Of a stretch of 64,000 nucleotides of DNA, positions 10,544 to 19,303 are shown one piece after another. This stretch comes from Armatimonadota bacterium (lineage in GTDB: Bacteria > Armatimonadota > UBA5829). Location of the stretch: NCBI GenBank assembly GCA_052035525.1, contig JBPOHN010000012.1, positions 208,784 through 272,783 of the forward strand, given 5' to 3'. The notes below the pieces were generated by a model, which was not told the origin of the DNA, made no database searches, and saw only the letters and a list, made by a program, of their open reading frames with translations. Each line of letters starts with the position of its first letter. Within the stretch, counting starts at the first letter, position 1. The position numbers were made by a program, and so were the translations under genes.

Positions 10544-10683
10544 GAACAGAGAGTAGTCCAATACCAGACAGAGCACCAACCGCAAAGGATCTTCGGACTC
10601 GCATAGCGGAACTCGAGGAGCGGATAGCCGAGAAGACGCGTGAAGCCGATGCACTGCGCGAAATCGGTCAAGCGATCGGCTCC

Positions 10684-12231
10684 ATGCTCCACATCGACGA
10701 GATGCTCAAGAAGGTGGCCGACATTGTTGCCCAGGTCACCGGCACAGACCTCTGCTTGATCTACCTCCTCAATGACGCAGCCAACGAACTGGTGCTCAGA
10801 GCCGCGAGCGGCGACACCAAGGACGTCGTCGGCAAGGTTCGACTGAAGGTCGGCGAGGGCGTCACCGGCTGGGTCGCGCAGCAGCGCATGCCCGCCATCA
10901 TAAACAAGGAGGCGCCTCGCGACAAGCGCTTCAAGATGGTCCCCGGCTTCAAGGAGGACAACTATCAGTCCATGCTGTCCGTGCCGCTGAGGGGCCGCCA
11001 TGATCTTATTGGGGTCATCACCGTCCGCACAAAGCCGGCGCACGAGTATACTGAGACGCAGGTCAGCCTCCTGGACAGCATAGCCCGGCAGGTAGGCGGC
11101 GCCGTCGAGAACCACAACCAGTATCGCCGGATGGAGCAGCGCGCGTCGCAGCTCAGCACCCTCTCTGAAGTCAGCCGCACGATCACCTCCGACCTGTATC
11201 TCGAAGAGATCCTCCAGCTCATCGTGGCTATGACCGCCGAGAGCATGAACTTCAGGATTTGCTCGATTATGCTCCTCGACGACAAGAAGCAGGAGCTTGT
11301 GATCAAGGCCACGCAATCGAAGAGCCGCGCGTATGTCAAGAAGCCTAACCTCAAGCTTTCCGAAAGCGTAGCGGGCCGCGCGGTAACCGAGGGCAAGCCT
11401 ATCACGATATTAGATGTGCGCAAGACGGCGGGTTACCAGTATCCGGACATCGCCAAGCAGGAGGGCTTGTGCTCGCTGATCGCGCTGCCTCTCGCGGTGA
11501 AGAAGGAGATAATCGGCGTCCTCAACTGCTATACGGCGAAACCCAGGCACTTCACCGAGGAAGACATCAACCTCTTGACGGCGCTTGCGAATCAGGCCGC
11601 GCTATCGATCCAGAATGCGAAGCTGATGGTGCAGACTGCCGTCCTGCAGGAGATGCACCACAGGGTGAAAAACAGCCTGCAGACCATCGCCAGCCTGCTG
11701 AGGCTGCAGCTTAGGGTTGGAAAGTTCGATTCGCCGCGCGAGGCTCTCACCCAGAGTATAAACCGCATTCAAAGCATCGCGGCCGTTCACGAGATGCTGT
11801 CCAGCGAGAACCTCGACGATGTCAACCTCCGCAAACTCGCGGAGAACATTCTCTCGGCAACCGCAAGAGGTCTGCTGCCGGACACGAGGGAGGTCAGGAC
11901 CGCCGTCGAGGGCGACGATTTCCTGCTTCCAAGCGGCCAGGCGACCTACGTGGCGCTGATCCTGAACGAGCTTATCCAGAACGCGGTCGAGCACGGGCTC
12001 AAGGGCGATATGGGGACGGAACTGCTTGTGGAAGTCTCGCAGAACGAGGATTCGGTGAGGATCGCGGTCACAAACGACGGCGAACCGCTTCCCGACGACT
12101 TCGACCTCAAAGGCAACCGCAATCTGGGCCTCAAGATCGTCGAAAGCCTCGTCCGGGACAACCTGATGGGCGAGTTCCTCATCTCATCGGCTAACGGCCG
12201 CACTTGCTCCGTAGTGCGGTTTCCGAGGTAG
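10684..12231 (+). CDS. Sensor histidine kinase with two GAF domains, a HisKA_2-type H-box and HATPase (PdtaS-like)
   Basis: Two GAF-like blocks (...VGEGVTGWVAQQRMP...; ...VAGRAVTEGKPITILDV...), H-box EMHHRVKNSLQTIASLL, and N-box/G-box ILNELIQNAVEHG...GLGL. No ATG/GTG/TTG upstream in frame, so the start at 10684 stands or is a non-canonical codon. Confidence 0.85.
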   Translation: MLHIDEMLKKVADIVAQVTGTDLCLIYLLNDAANELVLRAASGDTKDVVGKVRLKVGEGVTGWVAQQRMPAIINKEAPRDKRFKMVPGFKEDNYQSMLSVPLRGRHDLIGVITVRTKPAHEYTETQVSLLDSIARQVGGAVENHNQYRRMEQRASQLSTLSEVSRTITSDLYLEEILQLIVAMTAESMNFRICSIMLLDDKKQELVIKATQSKSRAYVKKPNLKLSESVAGRAVTEGKPITILDVRKTAGYQYPDIAKQEGLCSLIALPLAVKKEIIGVLNCYTAKPRHFTEEDINLLTALANQAALSIQNAKLMVQTAVLQEMHHRVKNSLQTIASLLRLQLRVGKFDSPREALTQSINRIQSIAAVHEMLSSENLDDVNLRKLAENILSATARGLLPDTREVRTAVEGDDFLLPSGQATYVALILNELIQNAVEHGLKGDMGTELLVEVSQNEDSVRIAVTNDGEPLPDDFDLKGNRNLGLKIVESLVRDNLMGEFLISSANGRTCSVVRFPR

Positions 12232-12261
12232 AGACAGGCAGCGCCTATCCGGCTCCCGAGG

Positions 12262-13161
12262 CTACCAGATCTTCCACCACTTGCGCGCCACCGCCGGCTT
12301 CGGACAACAATTGGGGCACGGCTTTGCACTGCGCTCCGCCATGAATCTGACCTCACACGAAACCGGTGATTGGGCCAGTGGGCAGTCCTCACGCAAGTGG
12401 TAGACCGCAGCTTTGTCGATCCACATTTGCCCGAGTGATGGATACTTGGCAAGGCCCGACACATCCAACTGCAGCATTCCCCAACCATCCTTCCCGCGCG
12501 CGAACCGCGTTGCTGCGAGGTTGACGGCGGTTACCTGGCCAGCACCCAGGAGCTTCTTTGCGGCCGCTGCATAGATGCGGATGGAAGCGCCCGTATTGCA
12601 GATATCGTCGATGAGCAGCACGCTGCCCGATAGCTGCCCAGGTCGAGCGAAGAGGTCCTGCGACACATACCGCAGGCGAGCTTTCAGCATCTCCGGCCCC
12701 CCAAGCCTGTCCACTACCCGCATCGGTGGACGCGCGCCGCTCTTGAAAAAAACATCCGTGCCATTGCGAGCGCCAGTCAGCGAACACAGAACGTCCACCA
12801 GCAGGCTCTGCGGCCTCGTAGGGTCAGGCTGCGCCTCGGCGGAGCTTAGCACGCGCAGAACCCAGTCGAACTTGCGCCGGTTGGTCGCCCCTACGGCAGC
12901 TCGGTCCACGATCAGACTCGCGTAAAACCTGCAGAAATGAGAGATGTGTGGCTCGAAGTCATCCGCGGGCACGCACCCCTTGAACGCCTTTACCAGGCGG
13001 CTCTCGAAGCTCCTGCGCGAGCCGATCCAAAACGACCCGAGCGTATAGCTGATGTCGCACGGATCACTCTCGCACAGCTCGGCAAAATCGAACGCGTCCC
13101 GCAGCGGGATCGGTGGCTTGCGGCTCGGAGTACTCATCAACTGCCTGTTCGCCGTTCGCAA
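12262..13161 (-). CDS. Phosphoribosyltransferase (PRTase)-fold domain protein with C-terminal Cys cluster; function unknown
   Basis: PRPP-loop-like motif SVLLIDDICNTGASI, and C-terminal CPLAQSPVSCEV...CPNCCPKP. Related in architecture to ComF-type PRTase proteins but with no N-terminal zinc finger. Confidence 0.5.
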   Translation of the reverse strand: MRTANRQLMSTPSRKPPIPLRDAFDFAELCESDPCDISYTLGSFWIGSRRSFESRLVKAFKGCVPADDFEPHISHFCRFYASLIVDRAAVGATNRRKFDWVLRVLSSAEAQPDPTRPQSLLVDVLCSLTGARNGTDVFFKSGARPPMRVVDRLGGPEMLKARLRYVSQDLFARPGQLSGSVLLIDDICNTGASIRIYAAAAKKLLGAGQVTAVNLAATRFARGKDGWGMLQLDVSGLAKYPSLGQMWIDKAAVYHLREDCPLAQSPVSCEVRFMAERSAKPCPNCCPKPAVARKWWKIW

Positions 13162-13171
13162 GTGGGATTAC

Positions 13172-13260
13172 TGCCTGTCAAACAGGCTGTAGGGGCGACG
13201 CATCCGCAGGCAGGCGAAGCAAAGTGTAACCGGCCCCAATGCGGATGCTTTGCCCCCTAC
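13172..13260. repeat. Long imperfect palindrome upstream of the PRTase-like gene
   Basis: GTAGGGGCGACGCATCCGCA ... TGCGGATGCTTTGCCCCCTAC: arms of ~20 nt separated by ~35 nt. Confidence 0.5.
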
Positions 13261-13362
13261 GGATATCACCTGAGGAAAGGAGGATGTGCCGCTTCACGCC
13301 TCGAAACGAGTCTGGGCACGATTGTTCCATAACTAGCGTACGAAAATCCCAGACGCAGGTAT

Positions 13363-13490
13363 ATCTCGGCTGTAGAATGAGATCGGTCAGTAGCGCGTTG
13401 CGTCGGTTGCGAGACTTGCGCGGCGAGCTCACTTAACCTCTCTTTTCTGCATTGGGGATGGCTGCAATCCGGCCATCCCGTTTTCTTCTG
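13363..13490 (+). promoter_or_regulatory. Leader of the C1 operon: candidate promoter (-10 TAGAAT 13363-13368), riboswitch-like aptamer (13381-13440) and intrinsic terminator (13455-13490)
   Basis: A plus-strand terminator GGGATGGC-tgcaatcc-GCCATCCC + GTTTTCTTCTG lies immediately upstream of an RBS (GGAGG 13517-13521) and the GTG start at 13530, with no upstream plus-strand gene. This is the classic attenuator layout. The leader contains ...CAGUAGCGCGUUGCG...GCGCGGCGA..., reminiscent of THF-riboswitch conserved blocks. Confidence 0.3.
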
Positions 13491-13529
13491 AACAAGAGTG
13501 CTAAGTTCTCCTGTAGGAGGTAGTCTATT

Positions 13530-14354
13530 GTGCTAATCGTTGGCGAGAGAATCAACACCAGCAGGAAGGTAAAGGGCGAACCAGTTATTGAGGCCGCCGT
13601 TGTCGGGCGAAATGCCGAGTTCATCGCCGACCTCGCGAAGAAGCAGTTCGAGGCCGGAGCGACCTACATAGATATCAACGCCGGGACCCTTACTTCCGGC
13701 GAACCGGAAGCGCTGGAGTGGCTTACGCAAGTCGTGCAGTCTGCGGTGGACGCGCCGATAGCGTTCGACACCCCCAATCCCGCTGCCCTGGAGAAGGCAT
13801 TGGCAGCATACGATACCGCCAAGGGCCAGCCGATGATCAACTCGATCACCGCTGAGTCCGAGCGCTACGCCAATATCCTCCCGTTCGTGCTGAAATACAA
13901 GGCCAAGGTGATCGCGCTTGCGATGGACGATACGGGAATCCAGCAGGACCCCACGAAGAGGCTCGCCGTAGCTCGGAAGTTGATTGCCGACCTCACCGCC
14001 GCGGGAGTTGCGCTGGACGATATCTACATCGACCCGCTCACATTCCCGATCGGCACGGGCAGCGATGTTGCAGTCGCTATGCTCGACATAATCGAGAAGC
14101 TCGCCGCCGAGTTCCCGGGCGTTCACATCATAGCCGGGCTGAGCAATATCTCGCATGGCATGCCCGCGCGGAAGCTCCTAAACCAGGCGATGACGGTGCT
14201 GGCTCTCGGTAAGGGTCTGGATGCGGGGATCATCGACCCGAACGACAGATACCTGATGGCACTCATCTACGCGACCGAGGCGCTGCTCGGCCGCGATGAG
14301 TTCTGTATGAACTACATAAGCAAATCCCGCGAGGGAGCATTCGAAGGGATCTAG
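13530..14354 (+). CDS. Pterin-binding (DHPS-like TIM barrel) methyltetrahydrofolate:corrinoid methyltransferase family protein (AcsE/MtrH-like)
   Basis: VLIVGERINTSRK...ATYIDINAGT...DTPNPAALEKAL...MINSIT is the typical MeTr/pterin-binding domain layout. GTG start with a good RBS. Confidence 0.8.
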   Translation: MLIVGERINTSRKVKGEPVIEAAVVGRNAEFIADLAKKQFEAGATYIDINAGTLTSGEPEALEWLTQVVQSAVDAPIAFDTPNPAALEKALAAYDTAKGQPMINSITAESERYANILPFVLKYKAKVIALAMDDTGIQQDPTKRLAVARKLIADLTAAGVALDDIYIDPLTFPIGTGSDVAVAMLDIIEKLAAEFPGVHIIAGLSNISHGMPARKLLNQAMTVLALGKGLDAGIIDPNDRYLMALIYATEALLGRDEFCMNYISKSREGAFEGI

Positions 14355-14358
14355 GAAC

Positions 14359-14436
14359 TACGAATTACGAATGACGAGTCACGAATCGCAGAGGATTTCC
14401 CCTTCAGTCGTGACGCGCAATTCGTAACTCGTCATT
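14359..14436. repeat. Array of ACGAAT-type heptamer repeats (4 direct + 2 inverted) in the metF upstream region
   Basis: TACGAAT TACGAAT GACGAGT CACGAAT (14359-14386), then ~32 nt, then AATTCGTAACTCGTCATT (14419-14436; the reverse complement gives GACGAGT TACGAAT). The same word pair recurs at 29003-29020. Confidence 0.45.
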
Positions 14437-14438
14437 GG

Positions 14439-15449
14439 GTGACTCTAATGATTTCCGGTAGCAATCTTGAGCTCTTGTTGGAGCAGGGGGAGTTCGTGGT
14501 CTGTGGGGAGATGAGTCCTCCGCAGGGCGCGGACAAGGCATCGATCCTCAAAAAGTGCAGTTACTTCAAGGACGTGGTCGATGCGGTTAACCTGACTGAT
14601 AACCAGACCGCCATCGTAAGGATGAGTTCGGTCATGTCCAGCGTGTTCGCGCTGGAGGGCGGCGTCGAGCCGATCATCCAGATGACCTGCCGCGACCGCA
14701 ACCGCCTCGCGCAGCAGTCGGATATTCTCGGAGCGTATGCGGCCGGCGTCAAGAACATCCTCTGTCTCACGGGCGACTATATGAGCTTCGGCAACCACCC
14801 TCAGGCAAAGGGTGTTTTCGACCTCGATTCCGTCCAGCTCATTCATACTGTCGCCGATATGAATGCCGGCAAGTTCCTCTCGGGTGATGAGATGAAGTCG
14901 CCGCCAAAGATGTTCATCGGCGGCGCGGCAAACCCGTTCGCCGAGCCATTCGACCTGCGGATCGTCCGTCTGGGCAAGAAGATCGCTGCAGGAGCGCATT
15001 TCATCCAGACCCAACCCGTTTTCGACTTCCCCCGCTTCGAACGGTGGATCAAAGCGGTGCGCGATGAGGGTTACGATCAGCAGGTGCACATCCTGGCCGG
15101 CGTCATGCCGGTGCGGTCTGTGAAGGCGCTGCTCTACATGAAGGAGAGCGTGCCGGGGATGAGCGTGGCGGACGAGTACATCCAGCGGATGTCTGACGTA
15201 GCGGATTCCAAGGAAGCAAGCGCGGAGATGGGCGTGCAGATCTGCGTGGAGACGATCAAGCGGCTCCGGGAAATACCTGGTGTCCACGGAGTTCACATAA
15301 TGCCTGTTATGTGGGAATCCATCACTCCGAGACTCGTAGAAGCCGCCGGCCTTCTCCCTCGCCCGAAGCCTGTCGAGCCCCAGCCGGAAGCGAGTCCTTC
15401 CGAGGGAACCGGGGAATCTGCTGTGTCTGCCCCAGGAGCGCAATCATGA
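14439..15449 (+). CDS. metF: 5,10-methylenetetrahydrofolate reductase
   Basis: MetF-family TIM barrel with MISGSN... N-terminus. The probable true start is ATG 14448. Stop overlaps the metV ATG (ATGA). Confidence 0.85.
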   Translation: MTLMISGSNLELLLEQGEFVVCGEMSPPQGADKASILKKCSYFKDVVDAVNLTDNQTAIVRMSSVMSSVFALEGGVEPIIQMTCRDRNRLAQQSDILGAYAAGVKNILCLTGDYMSFGNHPQAKGVFDLDSVQLIHTVADMNAGKFLSGDEMKSPPKMFIGGAANPFAEPFDLRIVRLGKKIAAGAHFIQTQPVFDFPRFERWIKAVRDEGYDQQVHILAGVMPVRSVKALLYMKESVPGMSVADEYIQRMSDVADSKEASAEMGVQICVETIKRLREIPGVHGVHIMPVMWESITPRLVEAAGLLPRPKPVEPQPEASPSEGTGESAVSAPGAQS

Positions 15450-15889
15450 GCAAGTTATCTGAGAAAATCGCGGATTTCTGCGAGAAGCATCCAACGCTGT
15501 ATAAGTGCGTGCTCCTTGGGGAGAACGCGTTCAAGAAGCCCGTGTTCAGGTGCCAGGACTGCGGCCAGTGCGTGCTGAGCTATAACGCCTACACCTGCTG
15601 CATGCGCTGCCCCAAGCAAATCCGTAACGGCCCCTGCGGTGGGACGAGACCCGATGGGCACTGCGAAGTCTATCCCGAGCGTAACTGCATCTGGTGGCTG
15701 ATCTATGAGCGCGCGAAGAAGATCGGCAGGCAGGAAAAGCTCCGCAAGTATCACATACCGGTGGATCGTCGGCTTGAGCACACCAGCGCGTGGATGAATA
15801 TGTTCGCCGGGAGAATCCTGCCGTTGGATCTCGGCAAGGAACTCAAAGAAGTGAAACTGACGCGCGACGACGCGCCGCCGGTCAAGTAG
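15446..15889 (+). CDS. metV: Methylene-THF reductase C-terminal domain protein (MetV-like zinc-ribbon partner of MetF)
   Basis: MSKLSEKIADFCEKHPTLYKCVLLG...CQDCGQCVLSY...CCMRCPKQIRNGPCGG is a Cys-rich MTHFR_C-type domain. Translationally coupled to metF. Confidence 0.7.
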   Translation: MSKLSEKIADFCEKHPTLYKCVLLGENAFKKPVFRCQDCGQCVLSYNAYTCCMRCPKQIRNGPCGGTRPDGHCEVYPERNCIWWLIYERAKKIGRQEKLRKYHIPVDRRLEHTSAWMNMFAGRILPLDLGKELKEVKLTRDDAPPVK

Positions 15890-15908
15890 TAAGATCTGGA
15901 GAATCACG

Positions 15909-17576
15909 ATGCTATCAGACGTTGAAATCGCGCAGAAAGCAAAAGCCAGGCATATACGAGATGTTGCCGCCGAGCTCGGGCTCGGCGAGGACGACCTGAG
16001 GCTGTACGGGCACGACAAGGCAAAGGTCACCTTCGAGGCGATCGAGAAGCGGCAGTCCAACCCGGACGGAAAGCTGATCCTCGTCACCGCCATCACGCCC
16101 ACCCCTGCGGGTGAGGGAAAGACCACCACCACGGTCGGCTTGGGCGACGCGATGCGCAAGCTCGGCATGAAGACCTGCATCGCAATCCGCGAGCCCTCTC
16201 TCGGCCCCTGCTTCGGCGTCAAGGGCGGCGCCGCCGGCGGCGGCTACGCGCAGGTCATCCCGATGGCGGACATCAACCTGCACTTTACCGGCGACTTCCA
16301 CGCCATTACGACCGCGCACAACCTGCTCGCCGCGATGCTCGATAACTCCCTGCACCAGGGCAATCCTCTCGATATCGAGCCCCATTCCATTACGTGGAAG
16401 CGCGTGATGGATATGAACGAGCGCGCGCTACGCGATATCATCATCGGTCTCGGCGGCAAGACCAACGGAATGCCCCGGCAGTCCGGGTTCGATATCACCA
16501 CTGCATCAGAGATCATGGCGCTGCTCTGTCTTGCGTCGGACCGGGAGGACCTGGAGGCTCGGCTGTCCCGCGTGCTGGTCGGCCTCACCAAGTCAGGCGC
16601 GCCGGTCACCGCGAAGGACCTGCAGGCCAGCGGAGCTATGGCCGTGGTCCTCAAAGATGCAATATTCCCGAACATAGTGCAGACTCTCGAGGGTACTCCG
16701 GCGTTCGTACACGGTGGGCCGTTCGGCAACATCGCGCACGGATGCAACTCGATCATCGCCACCAGGGCCGCGCTGAAGCTCGCGGATTATGTGATCACTG
16801 AAGCTGGATTCGGCAGCGACCTGGGCGCCGAGAAGTTCTTCAACATCAAGTGCCGCGTCGGCAATCTCAAGCCGGTTACGGCGGTTGTTGTTGCCACCAT
16901 TCGTGCGCTCAAGATGCACGGCGGCGTGCCCATCAGTGAGCTTACACAGAGCAACCCTGGGGCTGTCGTTAAGGGAATCGCCAACCTCGAGAAGCATTGC
17001 GAGAACGTGCGAGCGGTCAACCTCGAGCCGATTGTAGCTATCAACAAGTTCCCCACGGACTCCGAGGAAGAGATCGCGGCATTGTCAGACGAGTGCCGCA
17101 GGATGGGCGTCACATGGGCGCTTTCCGATGTTTGGGCTGCGGGCGGCGAGGGTGGGCAGGCCCTCGCCGAGCTGGTAGTCAAAGCCGCCGAGGGCGAATC
17201 TACATTCGCGCCTGCCTATCCGCTCGACGTGCCGATAAAGCAGAAGGTCGAGACGATTGCCCAGAAGTTCTATGGCGCGGACGGAGCGGATTTCACCCCG
17301 GCTGCATCGAAGCAAATCGCCGAGATCGAGAAGCTCGGTTTTGCCGGACTTCCGGTCTGCATAGCGAAAACGCAGAACTCACTCTCCGACGATGCCAAAG
17401 CCATCGGCCGTCCGAGAGGCTACAAGATCAACATCCGTGGAGCAAAGGTCAGCGCGGGCGCCGGCTTCGTAGTGATCTACGCAGGCGATATTATGACCAT
17501 GCCCGGCCTGCCGAAAGTGCCCGCGGCCACCAAGATCGGCATGAACTCGAACGGCGAGATCCACGGATTGTTCTAA
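15909..17576 (+). CDS. fhs: Formate--tetrahydrofolate ligase
   Basis: PTPAGEGKTTTTVGL P-loop, 555 aa, FTHFS family throughout. Confidence 0.95.
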   Translation: MLSDVEIAQKAKARHIRDVAAELGLGEDDLRLYGHDKAKVTFEAIEKRQSNPDGKLILVTAITPTPAGEGKTTTTVGLGDAMRKLGMKTCIAIREPSLGPCFGVKGGAAGGGYAQVIPMADINLHFTGDFHAITTAHNLLAAMLDNSLHQGNPLDIEPHSITWKRVMDMNERALRDIIIGLGGKTNGMPRQSGFDITTASEIMALLCLASDREDLEARLSRVLVGLTKSGAPVTAKDLQASGAMAVVLKDAIFPNIVQTLEGTPAFVHGGPFGNIAHGCNSIIATRAALKLADYVITEAGFGSDLGAEKFFNIKCRVGNLKPVTAVVVATIRALKMHGGVPISELTQSNPGAVVKGIANLEKHCENVRAVNLEPIVAINKFPTDSEEEIAALSDECRRMGVTWALSDVWAAGGEGGQALAELVVKAAEGESTFAPAYPLDVPIKQKVETIAQKFYGADGADFTPAASKQIAEIEKLGFAGLPVCIAKTQNSLSDDAKAIGRPRGYKINIRGAKVSAGAGFVVIYAGDIMTMPGLPKVPAATKIGMNSNGEIHGLF

Positions 17577-17686
17577 GACAAGTGCGTCATCTGGGTGGAG
17601 GGACCATGAAGAGTCTGCTCTAAGGCTGAGTTCCTTTCTCAGAAGCGGACTCCTCGCTCCGCTCAGATTGACAGAAGGAGGCTAAA

Positions 17687-18325
17687 ATGCCCGTAGTGCA
17701 CGTAGGCGACAAAATGCCAGATTGGTGCGAGCTTGAGAACTTCCAGCTCATCCAGGTACCCAAGAACAACTCGATATCGCTTCCGCGAATGGGCGCAAAG
17801 GAAGAGATAGTGGTCTGCCAGGGCAGCGTCCGTGTAGACTCCGCGGCGGGGACTCCGAAACTGGCCACAGGCGAGAAGCTGGACTTGAACACCGCCGATG
17901 AGCCGGGCTACCGTTTCACCGCCCTCGACGGTGACGCACTCGTGTTTCACGCGGCGGGCCGGTGGGAATCCATCACCAGCTCCGGCATATTCCCCGTCTT
18001 TCACAGCGACACACTCGCTGCGATGCAGACCCCGCACGAATACGAAAAGACAACGTCCTTCGACAATCACTACCACGACTGCGACGAATACTGGATCTTC
18101 TTCCAGGGCCGGTGCAAGGCGGTGAGCGAAGGCAAGTTCTATGAAGTCGGGCCGGGCGACTGCGTCATCACAGGCATGGGATGGCACCACGACGTGGCCT
18201 CGCTCATCGACTCCGAAGCCGCCCTGGCGGTATGGTTCGAGGGCACCCTTGAGCGCGAAAAACGCGTGGGCCACCTGTGGGAACCCGTGCATGGCAAAGC
18301 CGTACCGTGCCTGGACAGAGTGTAG
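17687..18325 (+). CDS. Cupin-domain protein
   Basis: Two His-containing cupin-like blocks (HYHDCDEYWIFFQG; GMGWHHD). Preferred over the 518-aa antisense ORF. Confidence 0.65.
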   Translation: MPVVHVGDKMPDWCELENFQLIQVPKNNSISLPRMGAKEEIVVCQGSVRVDSAAGTPKLATGEKLDLNTADEPGYRFTALDGDALVFHAAGRWESITSSGIFPVFHSDTLAAMQTPHEYEKTTSFDNHYHDCDEYWIFFQGRCKAVSEGKFYEVGPGDCVITGMGWHHDVASLIDSEAALAVWFEGTLEREKRVGHLWEPVHGKAVPCLDRV

Positions 18326-18337
18326 AGGAGCAATAGG

Positions 18338-19303
18338 ATGGCAACTGAACTGAAGAAACGTCGGCTGGGCCGCACGAATCTGATGGTCACCGAGGTCAGT
18401 CTCGGCGGCTATATGTTCACCGGCGAGTTCAACATACCGCGATCTGAGGCGGATGCGATCATGGACTGCGCGTTCAACGCTGGTGTTAACTACATCGATA
18501 CCGCTCAGATGTATGGCTTCGGCGAGGGCGAGGAGCTTGCGGGCCGCGCGCTCCGCAGGCATGCAAATAAGCAGATCCATATCAGCACGAAGGTCGGTTA
18601 CATGGACCGCACCATCGTTCGTAACCTGGGGGATGCTGCCTACAACGACGAAGCGGCGCTGCGCCGGACGATACTTCACAGCCTCTGGCTGCTGCAGTTG
18701 GACTACGTAGACATCATGTATGTGCACGAGCCTAACATGGAAGGCTGGTGGGGCGACGGGCTGCACACAGGCAAAGCCCCGGTCCTCCATGTGCTGCAGG
18801 AGCTCAAGAGCGAGGGCGTAATCGGCGCCATCGGCCTCGGCGGATGGGTCTGCGACAATATCGCCGATCTTCTCGATACGGGCCGGTTCGATGTCGCGCT
18901 CTGTGCCGGCGGCTACACCCTCGTGAAGCAGCCCGTGCGCGAACGGGTAATCGACATCGCGAAGAAGCATGATGTGGGCCTCGTGATGGGCGGCACGTTC
19001 CTGCAGGGGTTCCTGGCCACCATCCAGCGCGAGCATATGCAGAACCTGCTCAAGACAAAGGAGTACGGATTCTGGGATGAGGCCACGGTCCGGCGGATTC
19101 TGAAGATCTACGACCTCTGCGAGGAAACCGGCATCAGCCTCACCGATATGACGCTGCGCTATATCCTCGCTGATCCGAATATTCACGCGATCATCCCGGG
19201 CGCGCGGGAAGTGTGCCACGTGGAACAGAATATTCAGGCGGCGCTCGCCGGCCCACTGCCGGAGGAACTGGTCAAGCGGATCGACGAGATCTCCCAGTCA
19301 TAG
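18338..19303 (+). CDS. Aldo/keto reductase
   Basis: LGRTNLMVTEVSLGG...IDTAQMYG...GEELAG is the AKR N-terminal signature. Confidence 0.9.
   Translation: MATELKKRRLGRTNLMVTEVSLGGYMFTGEFNIPRSEADAIMDCAFNAGVNYIDTAQMYGFGEGEELAGRALRRHANKQIHISTKVGYMDRTIVRNLGDAAYNDEAALRRTILHSLWLLQLDYVDIMYVHEPNMEGWWGDGLHTGKAPVLHVLQELKSEGVIGAIGLGGWVCDNIADLLDTGRFDVALCAGGYTLVKQPVRERVIDIAKKHDVGLVMGGTFLQGFLATIQREHMQNLLKTKEYGFWDEATVRRILKIYDLCEETGISLTDMTLRYILADPNIHAIIPGAREVCHVEQNIQAALAGPLPEELVKRIDEISQS

Noticed and set aside
10330-11316. 328-aa minus-strand ORF, with a further one at 10965-11423
   Set aside because: Antisense to the response-regulator and histidine-kinase genes, which carry REC/ANTAR and GAF/H-box motifs.
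13239-13436. 65-aa plus-strand ORF in the C1-operon leader
   Set aside because: It lies within the proposed riboswitch/attenuator leader, has no RBS, and ends in the terminator stem; more likely non-coding.
14445-15443. 332-aa minus-strand ORF
   Set aside because: Antisense to metF.
17577-17686. Hairpin GCGGA-ctcctcg-CTCCGC after fhs
   Set aside because: No convincing U-tract, so it cannot be called a terminator with confidence.
17663-19219. 518-aa minus-strand ORF
   Set aside because: It is antisense to two plus-strand genes with clear family signatures (cupin; aldo/keto reductase with the LGRTNLMVTEVSLGG start). The Arg/Ala/His-rich composition is typical of high-GC antisense frames.
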